Shown: piece after piece, positions 58,801 through 64,000 of the stretch
Numbering within the stretch: position 1 is the stretch's first letter
Layout of the letters: every line of letters starts with the position of its first letter
From: Laetmonice hystrix
Lineage: Eukaryota
Length of the DNA stretch: 64,000 nt
Reading direction: 5' to 3'
NCBI GenBank assembly: GCA_965235115.1
Contig: OZ249438.1
Location: 32,364,001-32,428,000, forward strand
Notes under the pieces: generated by a model
Database searches by the model: none
What the model was told of the DNA's origin: nothing
What the model saw: the letters and a program-made list of their open reading frames with translations, nothing else
Translations under genes and position numbers: made by a program

Positions 58801-61800
58801 TCGGTGTGCCTATGAACAGGTGAATACGGGAATGTTAGGTTTGAGCGTGGTGTACACCCTCCTGATTGGAAGAGTGTGGCAGCTTATACTGCATGGTCAT
58901 TTGGGTGGGATATACAATACATGTATGAGATCTGACAATACATGTACATGTATGAGATCTGGCAGAAACGTAAAGTGTCACGTTTATTTAGCGACAGAAA
59001 TTTTAACCTAGCAGCATAGCTTCTGAAACGCTTAGAAATGTAAGAGCCTGGATATGGTATCTGAGGATAGCATGACTGATGCTAGTTAGTGCCTTGATTT
59101 TTCTTAAGCGCCTTTATTTAATCAAAATGCTGACACATCAAATTGATTGCAACAAAGAAGAAATTGAATTCAGGATGGTGGGATCAGCAGTGGGGTGATA
59201 CATAACAGAGCAGGGGACCACCCTCACCCCCAGTGGGATATTGATGTGGTGAAGGCCAGGGAATGAATCACCCCATGACCACCCTGTCATGGACAGGGGA
59301 GGCCGGAAGGAGGGATGTAAGAAAACAATGTGAGAAAGGTAGCCAAGGATATTGATTGCCTGTCTTGAAGGAGCAGTGGCCATGTTCGTGGCCTCAGTCA
59401 TGTAGTTCATACGACCATGGCTCATAGAATAGACCTGGCCACAGACTATATACTATAAATATTAAACTAGCACTGGGTAAATTTTATAATACCGGTATTA
59501 ATACATTATGCCTAGAGATATAAAAGTAAGGGCCCGTCTGATCCCGTAACGTTGCTTAGCTTCAGTGTTTGGTCTTGATGGCCAGTTGGTGCGAAAGACT
59601 GGCAAGAAGCAACCCAACTGTCAGTGGCCATTGATTATTACCGACCTCCATTTCAATTTCAACTACCAAATAATGCAACAGAATTTTTCAATTCTAGGAT
59701 CTGCATGAATGGTCCTTGAAATCAGAAAATATTTGGAGGATTTTTGTGATGGAGAGATTACAAATGTATTTAATTTTCTTCGGTGTATGCTTGACCCCTT
59801 AGAAATTAACTTTTGGGCCCCATCTTACTCAGAATTTTAGTCCCCAAATGGAGACTTTCAGTTTAATATTAAATATGAATTGGGTTTGGGGACTTTTCTG
59901 GGGATGTCCCCACGGATTTGTGTCAGTGAGACGGGGCCCTGATTCCATTCTATCCAATTGTTTGAAATAGTTTTTATCTGTGATATGGAGTCCAAAAAAA
60001 TGGGATAGGTTGTCGACATGAACTAAGTCTGCTGCCAAACTGGACGGAACTGAGAATCAGGGTACATGCAATAATGAACTAAGAGCATGATGAATGCCCG
60101 GGGCCGGTTACAGAGAGGATTAGTATGGGACAGTCTGCTGAGGCTGCAGTAGTGGATCTCAGTGATGTGATCTCGCAACCAATCACAAAGAGTGATGCAG
60201 TGGAGGCGATGGCTGGCAGCTTCGGTTGTTTAGCTGCCCGGCCGCCCTCCCTCAGCCCACTCTTCCCCATCCGGCTGTACAGACAACCAGCTGTCACAGA
60301 ATATGATCAGTTAGTTCAGTGAGGGCTGGTGGTAAAGCTCTGCCCCCGGCTGACCCACAGGCTAGTGTAGTTTACTATACAGTCAAGTAGCAGGTACAGT
60401 GTAGCTGGGGCAATCCTGACAACAAGAGGCCTGCCACTGCCGGCTTGGTTGGAGAGGTACACACTGTTTATCTGTACTGAAATATAAACGCCTCTTGGAA
60501 TGTTGAAGCTGGAGTTCCGCTCCTGGTATGGTAACTGTTACTAGTTGTACACAGTCCAGGGGAGAACTCTTCTCGGGAAGGACTGGTTGTTGCTATAAAA
60601 CCTAAAAGCCAATGCTGCTGTGAACAGTCGCTTGTGTATTCCTCTGCCTATCTGTGTTTCTGCAGGTTCCATTGGGTAAAAGCACTAGGTATCGCGGGGG
60701 AAAATAGTCAGCAGTGAAACGTTATTGAAATAAGATTGAGTGCAACTGAGCTTCAAGTTGAATCACGCAAATCTGGTAGTAAACTGTATGGTCTACTAAT
60801 ACTAGTTTATGTAATAGACTAGGTTGACAGAATTCTGGGTTACAATAAGGGGCATACTGGCTGAAAATAATTTAAGAAAAAATCTTTTTACCTGGAAAAT
60901 GTAACCAGTCTACGGCTTGAATGAGAGATTTTCATGTGCTTCCAGCAATGGAAATAAAATGGAAATAATTTTAGAATTCCAAATGGTTTGCAGTTGATGA
61001 TTGAAAGTCAAGCCTTCACATTTTTTAATCAGTCTTTAATGTAATGGATTGGCTGTGGTGGTATTGCAGGGCGAATGGTATTAATTTATTAATTAGATGA
61101 AAATCAGTTGAGTGTTAATCAGTGGTGGATTGAAGGGTAGGTACTGGTACTGACCGACACCTGTAGACGTTGGCACCATATACCGGTACACGCAACACCA
61201 AGCCTAATGTGAACACCTGCAGCAGTTGGCAGTGCTCAGCAGCAGCATAACGAGCAGCGGTTTGAGGGGCAGGCCATGTTAGGGGGTACAGGGATAGAAA
61301 TATGTAGAGGTTACAGTATTGATGAAGCTCTTCGAGACTGACAAGCGCTTTCACATGGAGCTACTGTTGCTTAGTCTAGAACCTGGCATGGCCAGCTGTC
61401 ATTGCCTCATCAAGTCTCACACATAAACCACTGTACATAGTGATGATCCCCATAGCGTGGTGGATGTATTCATACACTCAGAATTTGTTCAGCCCTGACG
61501 GATATGTCATTGAGTAAAACAATATCACTGATGTACCAGTTGTAGGATGACTCGCATTTTCAGAGGAAGCACAGCTCACAAACGTGAAATTGCTTTTGTC
61601 GTTTAGGTTTAATAGAGATTGTTGCATTGTCTCTTGGATGACAAAGATAAATACTAAATTAAAGGTGGGAAGTTTAAATTATAATTCGAATACGCCCACT
61701 GAATAATGTAAATAAATTGAATACCACGGATATTCAGTTGCTTATTATGATGGTGCCTGCATGTAGTAAAATTTGAGACTCCTCTGGGGGAGTTACTATG

Positions 61801-62528
61801 GTTGTAATGAGACAACGGTCTGCGAAATTTTATTTTGTGTCCATTTGACAACAGTCGTGATAGTATTTTATGGGACAAACTTCACTTGTTTGCCATACCA
61901 GAACATATCGATATGCCTTGCTGGTAATTGTATAATTTATAGCCTTTTGTCATTTTCTTCCAGGCAAGGATTGCCTTCCTGCAAGGTGAAAGAAAAGGAC
62001 AGGAGAATTTGAAACAGGATCTAGTTCGTAGGATAAAAATGTTAGAATTTGCCCTAAAACAAGAACGGTAGGTATTCAAGAGGTTTTTTTCTTAATTATT
62101 TGGATTTAAGCATTTCAGAATGTGTTGAGACGTATTTTCTTTGCTGATTATAATTGAAAAAATGACCCCATGATTAATAGAATACCATACCAAAACCATA
62201 TACCAGTAGTAAAGATAATACAGCTCAACATCCACTTCATTTTGTACCGTTCTAAAATGGGAACAGAGTGTGTATGGATGTTGTATTATTGATTACGAAG
62301 ATGGCTCAAGGGTGTCTGTGAGCCACCTTATTACACCTGTTAAATACATGCAATCAAGACTGAGAATTAGATGCCTTCTAATTGCCAACCAATTTTATGT
62401 TTTTGGCTGACTAGATTTAACTGGTATTTTCTGTTCACCTTTCAGGGCCAAATATCACAAGTTAAAATACGGTACAGAGCTGAACCAAGGTGACCTCAAG
62501 CCCCCAGTGTTTGACAAGAAGGAAGAAG
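52638..62528 (+). CDS. STRN3: Striatin family protein (STRN3/SG2NA/Cka-like), 5' partial, continues beyond window
   Basis: join(52638..52847,61964..62067,62446..62528). QYSMPGILHFLQTEWARFEMERSQWEVERAELQ|ARIAFLQGERKGQENLKQDLVRRIKMLEFALKQER|AKYHKLKYGTELNQGDLKPP. Start could be 52638, 52641 or in-frame 52605. Invertebrates usually have one striatin, so the paralog label is nominal. Confidence 0.93.
54383..54755. mobile_element. Non-autonomous hAT-like element, 13-bp perfect TIR, 5-bp TSD CCTTT
   Basis: CAGGGTTCCCACA ... TGTGGGAACCCTG; CCTTT at 54378-82 and 54756-60; many TCATGGAAA subterminal repeats. Confidence 0.9.
61964..62067 (+). CDS. STRN3: Striatin exon 2
   Basis: ttccag/GTAGGT, 104 nt, phase 0-2. 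Confidence 0.95.
62446..62528 (+). CDS. STRN3: Striatin exon 3
   Basis: tttcag/GTAAGG, 83 nt, phase 2-1. Confidence 0.94.
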
Positions 62529-63048
62529 GTAAGGACCTTAGGCAACCTTGTGTAACACACACCACTGTGTAACACACACCATTGATTAGGAGTAATAGTC
62601 AGATGGAAGAACAGAAGAAAGCTAAACATTCAGATTGCCAAATGTTGATATTTGTAAGCTGTAATGCAGTTTCTTGTGTGCAAGGATAAAGTGCTGAGTT
62701 TGCAGATTCTGCAGTATGATTAGTGTGGTAAGCTAAGGCAAGAGGACAGTTGTGTAAACTAATCTGTGTTTTGAAAGAATATGGAAGGAAAACTGGATGA
62801 GTGATTAATAGAGGTTCTGATGCATTGCTTGATTACATTGTTTCCCTCTCCTAGTAATTTACCGGCTGTCACACCCTAACCTATTCTTGGTTACATGAAT
62901 AGGTTCATATGTACATGAACATGCAATGATGCATACATTCAAAAATCAATAGTACATGTTTTATATATCAAAGTGACAATAATTACGGAGCAGAAAAAAT
63001 CTTGAACAAAGGCAAAAAATGCTGTACATAGAGTATTGCTGTATAGTG

Positions 63049-63138
63049 CAGGCCTGGACTACACAGATCCAAGATCCAGGATTTTGGAAACGGGAGGGGA
63101 GTTGCAACCCCCCAAACCCCCCTCTGGAATCGCCACTG
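63049..63138. mobile_element. Short decayed MITE related to the 11458 and 51743 elements
   Basis: GATCCAGGATTTTGGAAA matches the reverse complement of the 11458 right end; terminus TCTGGAATCGCCACTG; possible TSD TAGTG/TAATG. Confidence 0.55.
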
Positions 63139-64000
63139 TAATGTGACACATATCAGAAAATGTGTGTGAAAACATACTTGATAGTTCTTTGCCACAATAT
63201 TAATGCTGAGTTGTTGAATACCACAAATCGTCTTAGGGTTCTTGCTGGTACATGTTGACAGTATAAGTTTACCTGAGTAGGTTGTCTAGGTGCGGTATTT
63301 GACAGGTAGACTGTTTTGCGGCTAAATTTGTCCTATGTAGAACGTCCATTAATATAAAGGGTGGGTAGATACAGGGACAGTGCACCTGCTGCATAAGTTT
63401 TTTTCTTGGGACATCATGTACTGAACTGTGTAGAGGGAGCAGCGATATTTCTATAGGTCACATTGGTGATGCAACATCAAAGTGTGGAATCTGGGAATGG
63501 TTGCAAGGTGAGGGTGTCGGCAACAAACGTCCTTCACAACCCCCAAGCCTATTATTGTGGTGACCTGATGCTGCTCTCCAGTAAATGGATCATGGTGAAA
63601 CACAGTATATCTGTTTAAAGGAATGGGTTAGGAATTCAAAACTTTGAGTGTGTCTGCTGTCCTACTGCTGTATATAGGTTACTGAGTGCTACTTCATAAT
63701 ACTCTGCCTTTATTTTGTCTGTTTTAGAGCGGCAATTCATGGATCCATGTATGTAGCTTTTGTTTGGAAGTAGATGATGGTTCCTTGGTGGTTTCTGAGT
63801 TTATCTGTTTAATGTTGAGGATTTTATGTGCAACGCAGATCTTACATCCACAGTCGGAAAATCAAGAAAATGTACATTATTTATGGATATAGTAACGTGC
63901 ATATGTGTATTTGTACTGACATCTTATTTATCAACATTTCATTGTGTTTTGAATCTCTCAAGGGGTACCGGTACCTCTTGCAGATAATTAATTTTGTGTG

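Noticed and set aside
60041-60063. TGGACGGAACTGAGAATCAGGGT resembling miR-184
   Set aside because: Indels relative to the mature sequence and no complementary star arm.

Overview
Eukaryotic (invertebrate bilaterian-like) genomic window of moderate GC; no prokaryotic features. I reconstructed three spliced genes by hand. (1) DAAM formin, + strand, 22 coding exons 7088-45484, 3234 nt = 1077 aa, with GBD/FH3, coiled coil, FH1, FH2 and DAD, and very long introns 1 and 2. (2) AP4S1 (AP-4 sigma), - strand, 5 coding exons 52317-49682, 145 aa, including a 12-nt microexon followed by a U12-type intron. (3) The 5' part of a striatin (STRN3/Cka-like) gene, + strand, 3 exons 52638-62528, running off the window. 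AP4S1 and striatin are head-to-head 320 bp apart, as in human 14q12; AP4S1 and DAAM are tail-to-tail. Introns carry several minisatellites and MITEs. Best leads: a 60-bp tandem array that multiplies a DAAM splice donor into in-frame GT...AG units; the U12 intron/microexon; the AP4S1-STRN3 pair with mirror-image overlapping uORFs; a cluster of RFX X-boxes in DAAM introns; three CAG-terminal MITEs with 5-bp TSDs. I found no convincing wholly new protein-coding system. Comparisons to human proteins and loci are from memory and need database confirmation.
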